Positions 1 through 11,497 of a DNA stretch of 64,000 bases are shown here, in pieces. Numbering within the stretch: the first letter of the stretch is position 1; each line of letters begins with the position of its first letter. Source of the DNA: Azolla caroliniana (lineage: Eukaryota; Plantae; Polypodiophyta); NCBI GenBank assembly GCA_043228905.1, contig JBHGNT010000017.1, positions 12,834,001 through 12,898,000 on the forward strand. Direction: 5' to 3'. The position numbers and the translations under genes were made by a program. The notes beneath the pieces were generated by a model. That model was not told the origin of the DNA, searched no databases, and saw only the letters and a list, made by a program, of their open reading frames with translations.

Positions 1-264
1 CGTGTTCTTTTTGTGGAGAGTACTGCCGTGTTCTTTCTGTGGAGAGTACTGGGATGGGTGACCTCCGGGGAAGTCTTGCGCATGGGTTGCGTTCTTCTCG
101 CGCCCGAGCCGTTCCCGTGCGTGTGCGCTCCTGGCATTCTTAGAGGCGGACGAGAGCGTAGGATGGGTGAAGCGCCGAGGGGCATTGCCGTTCGGTCTGG
201 GTTAAGTGCGTCGTCCGGATCAAGGAGAGGGCGTAAGAGGCTATTGTGTGGGCGTGGGCGGCGA

Positions 265-275
265 GGTTCGAATCC
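265..275 (+). promoter_or_regulatory. tRNA-type B-box in the 5S spacer (each unit)
   Basis: GGTTCGAATCC is a perfect match to the GGTTCGANNCC consensus; function is inferred only. Confidence 0.5.
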
Positions 276-287
276 GGGTCAGGGAAG

Positions 288-309
288 ATATATATATATA
301 TATATATAT
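288..309. repeat. (TA)n microsatellite in the spacer, variable between units
   Basis: About 7 to 28 dinucleotides across units. Confidence 0.97.
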
Positions 310-474
310 GTACCCCTTTGTCTAGGATCCAAGGCCTTAGCCTTAGCCTTCGCCGGCGCCCGTCGCGCGTGCGGTTGGGACGACGACGTGGGTCCCTCGA
401 TTTTAGTTGTCGTCGTAGAGCATTTTTGCACAGGCCTCTCTGGCACTAGTACCTCGGACCGCAGAGCATTGTTG

Positions 475-593
475 TGGTGCGGTCATACCAGCGCTAATAC
501 ACCGGATCCCATCAGAACTCCGCAGTTAAGCGCGCTTGGGCCAGAACAGTACTGGGATGGGTGACCTCCCGGGAAGTCCTGGTGCTGCACCCT
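475..593 (+). rRNA. 5S rRNA gene
   Basis: TGGTGCGGTCATACC...GATCCCATCAGAACTCCGCAGTTAAGCGCGC (Box A)...AGTACTGGGATGGGTGACCTCCCGGGAAGTCC (IE/Box C)...GCTGCACCCT; ends pair as helix I; +1 uncertain by 1 nt. Confidence 0.98.
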
Positions 594-597
594 TTTT
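593..597 (+). terminator. Pol III terminator (T5), repeated in each unit
   Basis: TTTTT directly after the 5S 3' end; a backup T5 lies in the downstream 26-bp repeat. Confidence 0.85.
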
Positions 598-604
598 GCT
601 TCGA

Positions 605-656
605 GCCGTGTTCTTTTTGTGGAGAGTACTGCCGTGTTCTTTCTGTGGAGAGTACT
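605..656 (+). repeat. 26-bp tandem duplication in the 5S spacer (each core unit)
   Basis: GCCGTGTTCTTTTTGTGGAGAGTACT followed by GCCGTGTTCTTTCTGTGGAGAGTACT. Confidence 0.95.
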
Positions 657-684
657 GGGATGGGTGACCTCCGGGGAAGTCTTG
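651..684 (+). pseudogene. 5S-derived fragment (IE + Box C region) in the spacer, present in each unit
   Basis: AGTACTGGGATGGGTGACCTCCGGGGAAGTCTTG vs gene AGTACTGGGATGGGTGACCTCCCGGGAAGTCCTG (32/34 identical). Confidence 0.9.
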
Positions 685-1080
685 CGCATGGGTTGCGTTC
701 TTCTCGCGCCCGAGCCGTTCCCGTGCGTGTGCGCTCCTGGCATTCTTAGAGGCGGACGAGAGCGTAGGATGGGTGAAGCGCCGAGGGGCATTGCCGTTCG
801 GTCTGGGTTAAGTGCGTCGTCCGGATCAAGGAGAGGGCGTAAGAGGCTATTGTGTGGGCGTGGGCGGCGAGGTTCGAATCCGGGTCAGGGAAGATATATA
901 TATATATATATATATGTACCCCTTTGTCTAGGATCCAAGGCCTTAGCCTTAGCCTTCGCCGGCGCCCGTCGCGCGTGCGGTTGGGACGACGACGTGGGTC
1001 CCTCGATTTTAGTTGTCGTCGTAGAGCATTTTTGCACAGGCCTCTCTGGCACTAGTACCTCGGACCGCAGAGCATTGTTG

Positions 1081-1199
1081 TGGTGCGGTCATACCAGCGC
1101 TAATACACCGGATCCCATCAGAACTCCGCAGTTAAGCGCGCTTGGGCCAGAACAGTACTGGGATGGGTGACCTCCCGGGAAGTCCTGGTGCTGCACCCT
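1081..1199 (+). rRNA. 5S rRNA gene
   Basis: Array copy matching 475-593. Confidence 0.97.
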
Positions 1200-1684
1200 T
1201 TTTGCTTCGAGCCGTGTTCTTTTTGTGGAGAGTACTGCCGTGTTCTTTCTGTGGAGAGTACTGGGATGGGTGACCTCCGGGGAAGTCTTGCGCATGGGTT
1301 GCGTTCTTCTCGCGCCCGAGCCGTTCCCGTGCGTGTGCGCTCCTGGCATTCTTAGAGGCGGACGAGAGCGTAGGATGGGTGAAGCGCCGAGGGGCATTGC
1401 CGTTCGGTCTGGGTTAAGTGCGTCGTCCGGATCAAGGAGAGGGCGTAAGAGGCTATTGTGTGGGCGTGGGCGGCGAGGTTCGAATCCGGGTCAGGGAAGA
1501 TATATATATATATATATATGTACCCCTTTGTCTAGGATCCAAGGCCTTAGCCTTAGCCTTCGCCGGCGCCCGTCGCGCGTGCGGTTGGGACGACGACGTG
1601 GGTCCCTCGATTTTAGTTGTCGTCGTAGAGCATTTTTGCACAGGCCTCTCTGGCACTAGTACCTCGGACCGCAGAGCATTGTTG

Positions 1685-1803
1685 TGGTGCGGTCATACCA
1701 GCGCTAATACACCGGATCCCATCAGAACTCCGCAGTTAAGCGCGCTTGGGCCAGAACAGTACTGGGATGGGTGACCTCCCGGGAAGTCCTGGTGCTGCAC
1801 CCT
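1685..1803 (+). rRNA. 5S rRNA gene
   Basis: Array copy. Confidence 0.97.
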
Positions 1804-2290
1804 TTTTGCTTCGAGCCGTGTTCTTTTTGTGGAGAGTACTGCCGTGTTCTTTCTGTGGAGAGTACTGGGATGGGTGACCTCCGGGGAAGTCTTGCGCATG
1901 GGTTGCGTTCTTCTCGCGCCCGAGCCGTTCCCGTGCGTGTGCGCTCCTGGCATTCTTAGAGGCGGACGAGAGCGTAGGATGGGTGAAGCGCCGAGGGGCA
2001 TTGCCGTTCGGTCTGGGTTAAGTGCGTCGTCCGGATCAAGGAGAGGGCGTAAGAGGCTATTGTGTGGGCGTGGGCGGCGAGGTTCGAATCCGGGTCAGGG
2101 AAGATATATATATATATATATATATGTACCCCTTTGTCTAGGATCCAAGGCCTTAGCCTTAGCCTTCGCCGGCGCCCGTCGCGCGTGCGGTTGGGACGAC
2201 GACGTGGGTCCCTCGATTTTAGTTGTCGTCGTAGAGCATTTTTGCACAGGCCTCTCTGGCACTAGTACCTCGGACCGCAGAGGATTGTTG

Positions 2291-2409
2291 TGGTGCGGTC
2301 ATACCAGCGCTAATACACCGGATCCCATCAGAACTCCGCAGTTAAGCGCGCTTGGGCCAGAACAGTACTGGGATGGGTGACCTCCCGGGAAGTCCTGGTG
2401 CTGCACCCT
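2291..2409 (+). rRNA. 5S rRNA gene
   Basis: Array copy. Confidence 0.97.
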
Positions 2410-2896
2410 TTTTGCTTCGAGCCGTGTTCTTTTTGTGGAGAGTACTGCCGTGTTCTTTCTGTGGAGAGTACTGGGATGGGTGACCTCCGGGGAAGTCTTG
2501 CGCATGGGTTGCGTTCTTCTCGCGCCCGAGCCGTTCCCGTGCGTGTGCGCTCCTGGCATTCTTAGAGGCGGACGAGAGCGTAGGATGGGTGAAGCGCCGA
2601 GGGGCATTGCCGTTCGGTCTGGGTTAAGTGCGTCGTCCGGATCAAGGAGAGGGCGTAAGAGGCTATTGTGTGGGCGTGGGCGGCGAGGTTCGAATCCGGG
2701 TCAGGGAAGATATATATATATATATATATATGTACCCCTTTGTCTAGGATCCAAGGCCTTAGCCTTAGCCTTCGCCGGCGCCCGTCGCGCGTGCGGTTGG
2801 GACGACGACGTGGGTCCCTCGATTTTAGTTGTCGTCGTAGAGCATTTTTGCACAGGCCTCTCTGGCACTAGTACCTCGGACCGCAGAGCATTGTTG

Positions 2897-3015
2897 TGGT
2901 GCGGTCATACCAGCGCTAATACACCGGATCCCATCAGAACTCCGCAGTTAAGCGCGCTTGGGCCAGAACAGTACTGGGATGGGTGACCTCCCGGGAAGTC
3001 CTGGTGCTGCACCCT
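2897..3015 (+). rRNA. 5S rRNA gene
   Basis: Array copy. Confidence 0.97.
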
Positions 3016-3502
3016 TTTTGCTTCGAGCCGTGTTCTTTTTGTGGAGAGTACTGCCGTGTTCTTTCTGTGGAGAGTACTGGGATGGGTGACCTCCGGGGAA
3101 GTCTTGCGCATGGGTTGCGTTCTTCTCGCGCCCGAGCCGTTCCCGTGCGTGTGCGCTCCTGGCATTCTTAGAGGCGGACGAGAGCGTAGGATGGGTGAAG
3201 CGCCGAGGGGCATTGCCGTTCGGTCTGGGTTAAGTGCGTCGTCCGGATCAAGGAGAGGGCGTAAGAGGCTATTGTGTGGGCGTGGGCGGCGAGGTTCGAA
3301 TCCGGGTCAGGGAAGATATATATATATATATATATATGTACCCCTTTGTCTAGGATCCAAGGCCTTAGCCTTAGCCTTCGCCGGCGCCCGTCGCGCGTGC
3401 GGTTGGGACGACGACGTGGGTCCCTCGATTTTAGTTGTCGTCGTAGAGCATTTTTGCACAGGCCTCTCTGGCACTAGTACCTCGGACCGCAGAGCATTGT
3501 TG

Positions 3503-3621
3503 TGGTGCGGTCATACCAGCGCTAATACACCGGATCCCATCAGAACTCCGCAGTTAAGCGCGCTTGGGCCAGAACAGTACTGGGATGGGTGACCTCCCGG
3601 GAAGTCCTGGTGCTGCACCCT
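3503..3621 (+). rRNA. 5S rRNA gene
   Basis: Array copy. Confidence 0.97.
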
Positions 3622-4108
3622 TTTTGCTTCGAGCCGTGTTCTTTTTGTGGAGAGTACTGCCGTGTTCTTTCTGTGGAGAGTACTGGGATGGGTGACCTCC
3701 GGGGAAGTCTTGCGCATGGGTTGCGTTCTTCTCGCGCCCGAGCCGTTCCCGTGCGTGTGCGCTCCTGGCATTCTTAGAGGCGGACGAGAGCGTAGGATGG
3801 GTGAAGCGCCGAGGGGCATTGCCGTTCGGTCTGGGTTAAGTGCGTCGTCCGGATCAAGGAGAGGGCGTAAGAGGCTATTGTGTGGGCGTGGGCGGCGAGG
3901 TTCGAATCCGGGTCAGGGAAGATATATATATATATATATATATGTACCCCTTTGTCTAGGATCCAAGGCCTTAGCCTTAGCCTTCGCCGGCGCCCGTCGC
4001 GCGTGCGGTTGGGACGACGACGTGGGTCCCTCGATTTTAGTTGTCGTCGTAGAGCATTTTTGCACAGGCCTCTCTGGCACTAGTACCTCGGACCGCAGAG
4101 CATTGTTG

Positions 4109-4227
4109 TGGTGCGGTCATACCAGCGCTAATACACCGGATCCCATCAGAACTCCGCAGTTAAGCGCGCTTGGGCCAGAACAGTACTGGGATGGGTGACC
4201 TCCCGGGAAGTCCTGGTGCTGCACCCT
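4109..4227 (+). rRNA. 5S rRNA gene
   Basis: Array copy. Confidence 0.97.
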
Positions 4228-4714
4228 TTTTGCTTCGAGCCGTGTTCTTTTTGTGGAGAGTACTGCCGTGTTCTTTCTGTGGAGAGTACTGGGATGGGTG
4301 ACCTCCGGGGAAGTCTTGCGCATGGGTTGCGTTCTTCTCGCGCCCGAGCCGTTCCCGTGCGTGTGCGCTCCTGGCATTCTTAGAGGCGGACGAGAGCGTA
4401 GGATGGGTGAAGCGCCGAGGGGCATTGCCGTTCGGTCTGGGTTAAGTGCGTCGTCCGGATCAAGGAGAGGGCGTAAGAGGCTATTGTGTGGGCGTGGGCG
4501 GCGAGGTTCGAATCCGGGTCAGGGAAGATATATATATATATATATATATGTACCCCTTTGTCTAGGATCCAAGGCCTTAGCCTTAGCCTTCGCCGGCGCC
4601 CGTCGCGCGTGCGGTTGGGACGACGACGTGGGTCCCTCGATTTTAGTTGTCGTCGTAGAGCATTTTTGCACAGGCCTCTCTGGCACTAGTACCTCGGACC
4701 GCAGAGCATTGTTG

Positions 4715-4833
4715 TGGTGCGGTCATACCAGCGCTAATACACCGGATCCCATCAGAACTCCGCAGTTAAGCGCGCTTGGGCCAGAACAGTACTGGGATGG
4801 GTGACCTCCCGGGAAGTCCTGGTGCTGCACCCT
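4715..4833 (+). rRNA. 5S rRNA gene
   Basis: Array copy. Confidence 0.97.
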
Positions 4834-5320
4834 TTTTGCTTCGAGCCGTGTTCTTTTTGTGGAGAGTACTGCCGTGTTCTTTCTGTGGAGAGTACTGGGA
4901 TGGGTGACCTCCGGGGAAGTCTTGCGCATGGGTTGCGTTCTTCTCGCGCCCGAGCCGTTCCCGTGCGTGTGCGCTCCTGGCATTCTTAGAGGCGGACGAG
5001 AGCGTAGGATGGGTGAAGCGCCGAGGGGCATTGCCGTTCGGTCTGGGTTAAGTGCGTCGTCCGGATCAAGGAGAGGGCGTAAGAGGCTATTGTGTGGGCG
5101 TGGGCGGCGAGGTTCGAATCCGGGTCAGGGAAGATATATATATATATATATATATGTACCCCTTTGTCTAGGATCCAAGGCCTTAGCCTTAGCCTTCGCC
5201 GGCGCCCGTCGCGCGTGCGGTTGGGACGACGACGTGGGTCCCTCGATTTTAGTTGTCGTCGTAGAGCATTTTTGCACAGGCCTCTCTGGCACTAGTACCT
5301 CGGACCGCAGAGCATTGTTG

Positions 5321-5439
5321 TGGTGCGGTCATACCAGCGCTAATACACCGGATCCCATCAGAACTCCGCAGTTAAGCGCGCTTGGGCCAGAACAGTACTG
5401 GGATGGGTGACCTCCCGGGAAGTCCTGGTGCTGCACCCT
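5321..5439 (+). rRNA. 5S rRNA gene
   Basis: Array copy. Confidence 0.97.
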
Positions 5440-5926
5440 TTTTGCTTCGAGCCGTGTTCTTTTTGTGGAGAGTACTGCCGTGTTCTTTCTGTGGAGAGTA
5501 CTGGGATGGGTGACCTCCGGGGAAGTCTTGCGCATGGGTTGCGTTCTTCTCGCGCCCGAGCCGTTCCCGTGCGTGTGCGCTCCTGGCATTCTTAGAGGCG
5601 GACGAGAGCGTAGGATGGGTGAAGCGCCGAGGGGCATTGCCGTTCGGTCTGGGTTAAGTGCGTCGTCCGGATCAAGGAGAGGGCGTAAGAGGCTATTGTG
5701 TGGGCGTGGGCGGCGAGGTTCGAATCCGGGTCAGGGAAGATATATATATATATATATATATGTACCCCTTTGTCTAGGATCCAAGGCCTTAGCCTTAGCC
5801 TTCGCCGGCGCCCGTCGCGCGTGCGGTTGGGACGACGACGTGGGTCCCTCGATTTTAGTTGTCGTCGTAGAGCATTTTTGCACAGGCCTCTCTGGCACTA
5901 GTACCTCGGACCGCAGAGCATTGTTG

Positions 5927-6045
5927 TGGTGCGGTCATACCAGCGCTAATACACCGGATCCCATCAGAACTCCGCAGTTAAGCGCGCTTGGGCCAGAACA
6001 GTACTGGGATGGGTGACCTCCCGGGAAGTCCTGGTGCTGCACCCT
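5927..6045 (+). rRNA. 5S rRNA gene
   Basis: Array copy. Confidence 0.97.
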
Positions 6046-6530
6046 TTTTGCTTCGAGCCGTGTTCTTTTTGTGGAGAGTACTGCCGTGTTCTTTCTGTGG
6101 AGAGTACTGGGATGGGTGACCTCCGGGGAAGTCTTGCGCATGGGTTGCGTTCTTCTCGCGCCCGAGCCGTTCCCGTGCGTGTGCGCTCCTGGCATTCTTA
6201 GAGGCGGACGAGAGCGTAGGATGGGTGAAGCGCCGAGGGGCATTGCCGTTCGGTCTGGGTTAAGTGCGTCGTCCGGATCAAGGAGAGGGCGTAAGAGGCT
6301 ATTGTGTGGGCGTGGGCGGCGAGGTTCGAATCCGGGTCAGGGAAGATATATATATATATATATATGTACCCCTTTGTCTAGGATCCAAGGCCTTAGCCTT
6401 AGCCTTCGCCGGCGCCCGTCGCGCGTGCGGTTGGGACGACGACGTGGGTCCCTCGATTTTAGTTGTCGTCGTAGAGCATTTTTGCACAGGCCTCTCTGGC
6501 ACTAGTACCTCGGACCGCAGAGCATTGTTG

Positions 6531-6649
6531 TGGTGCGGTCATACCAGCGCTAATACACCGGATCCCATCAGAACTCCGCAGTTAAGCGCGCTTGGGCCAG
6601 AACAGTACTGGGATGGGTGACCTCCCGGGAAGTCCTGGTGCTGCACCCT
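6531..6649 (+). rRNA. 5S rRNA gene
   Basis: Array copy. Confidence 0.97.
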
Positions 6650-7122
6650 TTTTGCTTCGAGCCGTGTTCTTTTTGTGGAGAGTACTGCCGTGTTCTTTCT
6701 GTGGAGAGTACTGGGATGGGTGACCTCCGGGGAAGTCTTGCGCATGGGTTGCGTTCTTCTCGCGCCCGAGCCGTTCCCGTGCGTGTGCGCTCCTGGCATT
6801 CTTAGAGGCGGACGAGAGCGTAGGATGGGTGAAGCGCCGAGGGGCATTGCCGTTCGGTCTGGGTTAAGTGCGTCGTCCGGATCAAGGAGAGGGCGTAAGA
6901 GGCTATTGCGTGGGCGGCGAGGTTCGAATCCGGGTCAGGGAAGATATATATATATATGTACCCCTTTGTCTAGGATCCAAGGCCTTAGCCTTAGCCTTCG
7001 CCGGCGCCCGTCGCGCGTGCGGTTGGGACGACGACGTGGGTCCCTCGATTTTAGTTGTCGTCGTAGAGCATTTTTGCACAGGCCTCTCTGGCACTAGTAC
7101 CTCGGACCGCAGAGCATTGTTG

Positions 7123-7241
7123 TGGTGCGGTCATACCAGCGCTAATACACCGGATCCCATCAGAACTCCGCAGTTAAGCGCGCTTGGGCCAGAACAGTAC
7201 TGGGATGGGTGACCTCCCGGGAAGTCCTGGTGCTGCACGCT
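7123..7241 (+). rRNA. 5S rRNA gene (3' variant GCACGC)
   Basis: Array copy, one substitution. Confidence 0.95.
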
Positions 7242-7539
7242 TTTTGCTTCGAGCCGTGTTCTTTTTGTGGAGAGTACTGCCGTGTTCTTTCTGTGGAGAG
7301 TACTGGGATGGGTGACCTCCGGGGAAGTCTTGCGCATGGGTTGCGTTCTTCTCGCGCCCGAGCCGTTCCCGTGCGTGTGCGCTCCTGGCATTCTTAGAGG
7401 CGGACGAGAGCGTAGGATGGGTGAAGCGCCGAGGGGCATTGCCGTTCGGTCTGGGTTAAGTGCGTCGTCCGGATCAAGGAGAGGGCGTAAGAGGCTATTG
7501 TGTGGGCGTGGGCGGCGAGGTTCGAATCCGGGTCAGGGA

Positions 7540-7575
<36 letters not shown>

Positions 7576-7736
7576 CCCTTTGTCTAGGATCCAAGGCCTT
7601 AGCCTTAGCCTTCGCCGGCGCCCGTCGCGCGTGCGGTTGGGACGACGACGTGGGTCCCTCGATTTTAGTTGTCGTCGTAGAGCATTTTTGCACAGGCCTC
7701 TCTGGCACTAGTACCTCGGACCGCAGAGCATTGTTG

Positions 7737-7855
7737 TGGTGCGGTCATACCAGCGCTAATACACCGGATCCCATCAGAACTCCGCAGTTAAGCGCGCTTG
7801 GGCCAGAACAGTACTGGGATGGGTGACCTCCCGGGAAGTCCTGGTGCTGCACCCT
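7737..7855 (+). rRNA. 5S rRNA gene
   Basis: Array copy. Confidence 0.97.
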
Positions 7856-8155
7856 TTTTGCTTCGAGCCGTGTTCTTTTTGTGGAGAGTACTGCCGTGTT
7901 CTTTCTGTGGAGAGTACTGGGATGGGTGACCTCCGGGGAAGTCTTGCGCATGGGTTGCGTTCTTCTCGCGCCCGAGCCGTTCCCGTGCGTGTGCGCTCCT
8001 GGCATTCTTAGAGGCGGACGAGAGCGTAGGATGGGTGAAGCGCCGAGGGGCATTGCCGTTCGGTCTGGGTTAAGTGCGTCGTCCGGATCAAGGAGAGGGC
8101 GTAAGAGGCTATTGTGTGGGCGTGGGCGGCGAGGTTCGAATCCGGGTCAGGGAAG

Positions 8156-8187
<32 letters not shown>

Positions 8188-8342
8188 CCCTTTGTCTAGG
8201 ATCCAAGGCCTTAGCCTTCGCCGGCGCCCGTCGCGCGTGCGGTTGGGACGACGACGTGGGTCCCTCGATTTTAGTTGTCGTCGTAGAGCATTTTTGCACA
8301 GGCCTCTCTGGCACTAGTACCTCGGACCGCAGAGCATTGTTG

Positions 8343-8461
8343 TGGTGCGGTCATACCAGCGCTAATACACCGGATCCCATCAGAACTCCGCAGTTAAGCG
8401 CGCTTGGGCCAGAACAGTACTGGGATGGGTGACCTCCCGGGAAGTCCTGGTGCTGCACCCT
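8343..8461 (+). rRNA. 5S rRNA gene
   Basis: Array copy. Confidence 0.97.
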
Positions 8462-8761
8462 TTTTGCTTCGAGCCGTGTTCTTTTTGTGGAGAGTACTGC
8501 CGTGTTCTTTCTGTGGAGAGTACTGGGATGGGTGACCTCCGGGGAAGTCTTGCGCATGGGTTGCGTTCTTCTCGCGCCCGAGCCGTTCCCGTGCGTGTGC
8601 GCTCCTGGCATTCTTAGAGGCGGACGAGAGCGTAGGATGGGTGAAGCGCCGAGGGGCATTGCCGTTCGGTCTGGGTTAAGTGCGTCGTCCGGATCAAGGA
8701 GAGGGCGTAAGAGGCTATTGTGTGGGCGTGGGCGGCGAGGTTCGAATCCGGGTCAGGGAAG

Positions 8762-8793
<32 letters not shown>

Positions 8794-8954
8794 CCCTTTG
8801 TCTAGGATCCAAGGCCTTAGCCTTAGCCTTCGCCGGCGCCCGTCGCGCGTGCGGTTGGGACGACGACGTGGGTCCCTCGATTTTAGTTGTCGTCGTAGAG
8901 CATTTTTGCACAGGCCTCTCTGGCACTAGTACCTCGGACCGCAGAGCATTGTTG

Positions 8955-9073
8955 TGGTGCGGTCATACCAGCGCTAATACACCGGATCCCATCAGAACTC
9001 CGCAGTTAAGCGCGCTTGGGCCAGAACAGTACTGGGATGGGTGACCTCCCGGGAAGTCCTGGTGCTGCACCCT
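8955..9073 (+). rRNA. 5S rRNA gene
   Basis: Array copy. Confidence 0.97.
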
Positions 9074-9558
9074 TTTTGCTTCGAGTCGTGTTCTTTTTGT
9101 GGAGAGTACTGCCGTGTTCTTTCTGTGGAGAGTACTGGGATGGGTGACCTCCGGGGAAGTCTTGCGCATGGGTTGCGTTCTTCTCGCGCCCGAGCCGTTC
9201 CCGTGCGTGTGCGCTCCTGGCATTCTTAGAGGCGGACGAGAGCGTAGGATGGGTGAAGCGCCGAGGGGCATTGCCGTTCGGTCTGGGTTAAGTGCGTCGT
9301 CCGGATCAAGGAGAGGGCGTAAGAGGCTATTGTGTGGGCGTGGGCGGCGAGGTTCGAATCCGGGTCAGGGAAGATATATATATATATATATATGTACCCC
9401 TTTGTCTAGGATCCAAGGCCTTAGCCTTAGCCTTCGCCGGCGCCCGTCGCGCGTGCGGTTGGGACGACGACGTGGGTCCCTCGATTTTAGTTGTCGTCGT
9501 AGAGCATTTTTGCACAGGCCTCTCTGGCACTAGTACCTCGGACCGCAGAGCATTGTTG

Positions 9559-9677
9559 TGGTGCGGTCATACCAGCGCTAATACACCGGATCCCATCAGA
9601 ACTCCGCAGTTAAGCGCGCTTGGGCCAGAACAGTACTGGGATGGGTGACCTCCCGGGAAGTCCTGGTGCTGCACCCT
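9559..9677 (+). rRNA. 5S rRNA gene
   Basis: Array copy. Confidence 0.97.
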
Positions 9678-10168
9678 TTTTGCTTCGAGCCGTGTTCTTT
9701 TTGTGGAGAGTACTGCCGTGTTCTTTCTGTGGAGAGTACTGGGATGGGTGACCTCCGGGGAAGTCTTGCGCATGGGTTGCGTTCTTCTCGCGCCCGAGCC
9801 GTTCCCGTGCGTGTGCGCTCCTGGCATTCTTAGAGGCGGACGAGAGCGTAGGATGGGTGAAGCGCCGAGGGGCATTGCCGTTCGGTCTGGGTTAAGTGCG
9901 TCGTCCGGATCAAGGAGAGGGCGTAAGAGGCTATTGTGTGGGCGTGGGCGGCGAGGTTCGAATCCGGGTCAGGGAAGATATATATATATATATATATATA
10001 TATGTACCCCTTTGTCTAGGATCCAAGGCCTTAGCCTTAGCCTTCGCCGGCGCCCGTCGCGCGTGCGGTTGGGACGACGACGTGGGTCCCTCGATTTTAG
10101 TTGTCGTCGTAGAGCATTTTTGCACAGGCCTCTCTGGCACTAGTACCTCGGACCGCAGAGCATTGTTG

Positions 10169-10287
10169 TGGTGCGGTCATACCAGCGCTAATACACCGGA
10201 TCCCATCAGAACTCCGCAGTTAAGCGCGCTTGGGCCAGAACAGTACTGGGATGGGTGACCTCCCGGGAAGTCCTGGTGCTGCACACT
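10169..10287 (+). rRNA. 5S rRNA gene (3' variant GCACAC)
   Basis: Array copy, one substitution. Confidence 0.95.
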
Positions 10288-10770
10288 TTTTGCTTCGAGC
10301 CGTGTTCTTTTTGTGGAGAGTACTGCCGTGTTCTTTCTGTGGAGAGTACTGGGATGGGTGACCTCCGGGGAAGTCTTGCGCATGGGTTGCGTTCTTCTCG
10401 CGCTCGAGCCGTTCCCGTGCGTGTGCGCTCCTGGCATTCTTAGAGGCGGACGAGAGCGTAGGATGGGTGAAGCGCCGAGGGGCATTGCCGTTCGGTCTGG
10501 GTTAAGTGCGTCGTCCGGATCAAGGAGAGGGCGTAAGAGGCTATTGTGTGGGCGTGGGCGGCGAGGTTCGAATCCGGGTCAGGGAAGATATATATATATA
10601 TATATGTACCCCTTTGTCTAGGATCCAAGGCCTTAGCCTTAGCCTTCGCCGGCGCCCGTCGCGCGTGCGGTTGGGACGACGACGTGGGTCCCTCGATTTT
10701 AGTTGTCGTCGTAGAGCATTTTTGCACAGGCCTCTCTGGCACTAGTACCTCGGACCGCAGAGCATTGTTG

Positions 10771-10889
10771 TGGTGCGGTCATACCAGCGCTAATACACCG
10801 GATCCCATCAGAACTCCGCAGTTAAGCGCGCTTGGGCCAGAACAGTACTGGGATGGGTGACCTCCCGGGAAGTCCTGGTGCTGCACCCT
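10771..10889 (+). rRNA. 5S rRNA gene
   Basis: Array copy. Confidence 0.97.
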
Positions 10890-11378
10890 TTTTGCTTCGA
10901 GCCGTGTTCTTTTTGTGGAGAGTACTGCCGTGTTCTTTCTGTGGAGAGTACTGGGATGGGTGACCTCCGGGGAAGTCTTGCGCATGGGTTGCGTTCTTCT
11001 CGCGCCCGAGCCGTTCCCGTGCGTGTGCGCTCCTGGCATTCTTAGAGGCGGACGAGAGCGTAGGATGGGTGAAGCGCCGAGGGGCATTGCCGTTCGGTCT
11101 GGGTTAAGTGCGTCGTCCGGATCAAGGAGAGGGCGTAAGAGGCTATTGTGTGGGCGTGGGCGGCGAGGTTCGAATCCGGGTCAGGGAAGATATATATATA
11201 TATATATATATATGTACCCCTTTGTCTAGGATCCAAGGCCTTAGCCTTAGCCTTCGCCGGCGCCCGTCGCGCGTGCGGTTGGGACGACGACGTGGGTCCC
11301 TCGATTTTAGTTGTCGTCGTAGAGCATTTTTGCACAGGCCTCTCTGGCACTAGTACCTCGGACCGCAGAGCATTGTTG

Positions 11379-11497
11379 TGGTGCGGTCATACCAGCGCTA
11401 ATACACCGGATCCCATCAGAACTCCGCAGTTAAGCGCGCTTGGGCCAGAACAGTACTGGGATGGGTGACCTCCCGGGAAGTCCTGGTGCTGCACCCT
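11379..11497 (+). rRNA. 5S rRNA gene
   Basis: Array copy. Confidence 0.97.

Noticed and set aside
181-285. Intact tRNA gene in the spacer
   Set aside because: No acceptor stem or proper T-stem can be formed; kept only as a possible remnant.
334-350. GCCTTA tandem resembling a telomeric repeat
   Set aside because: Fewer than three copies and not the plant TTTAGGG motif.
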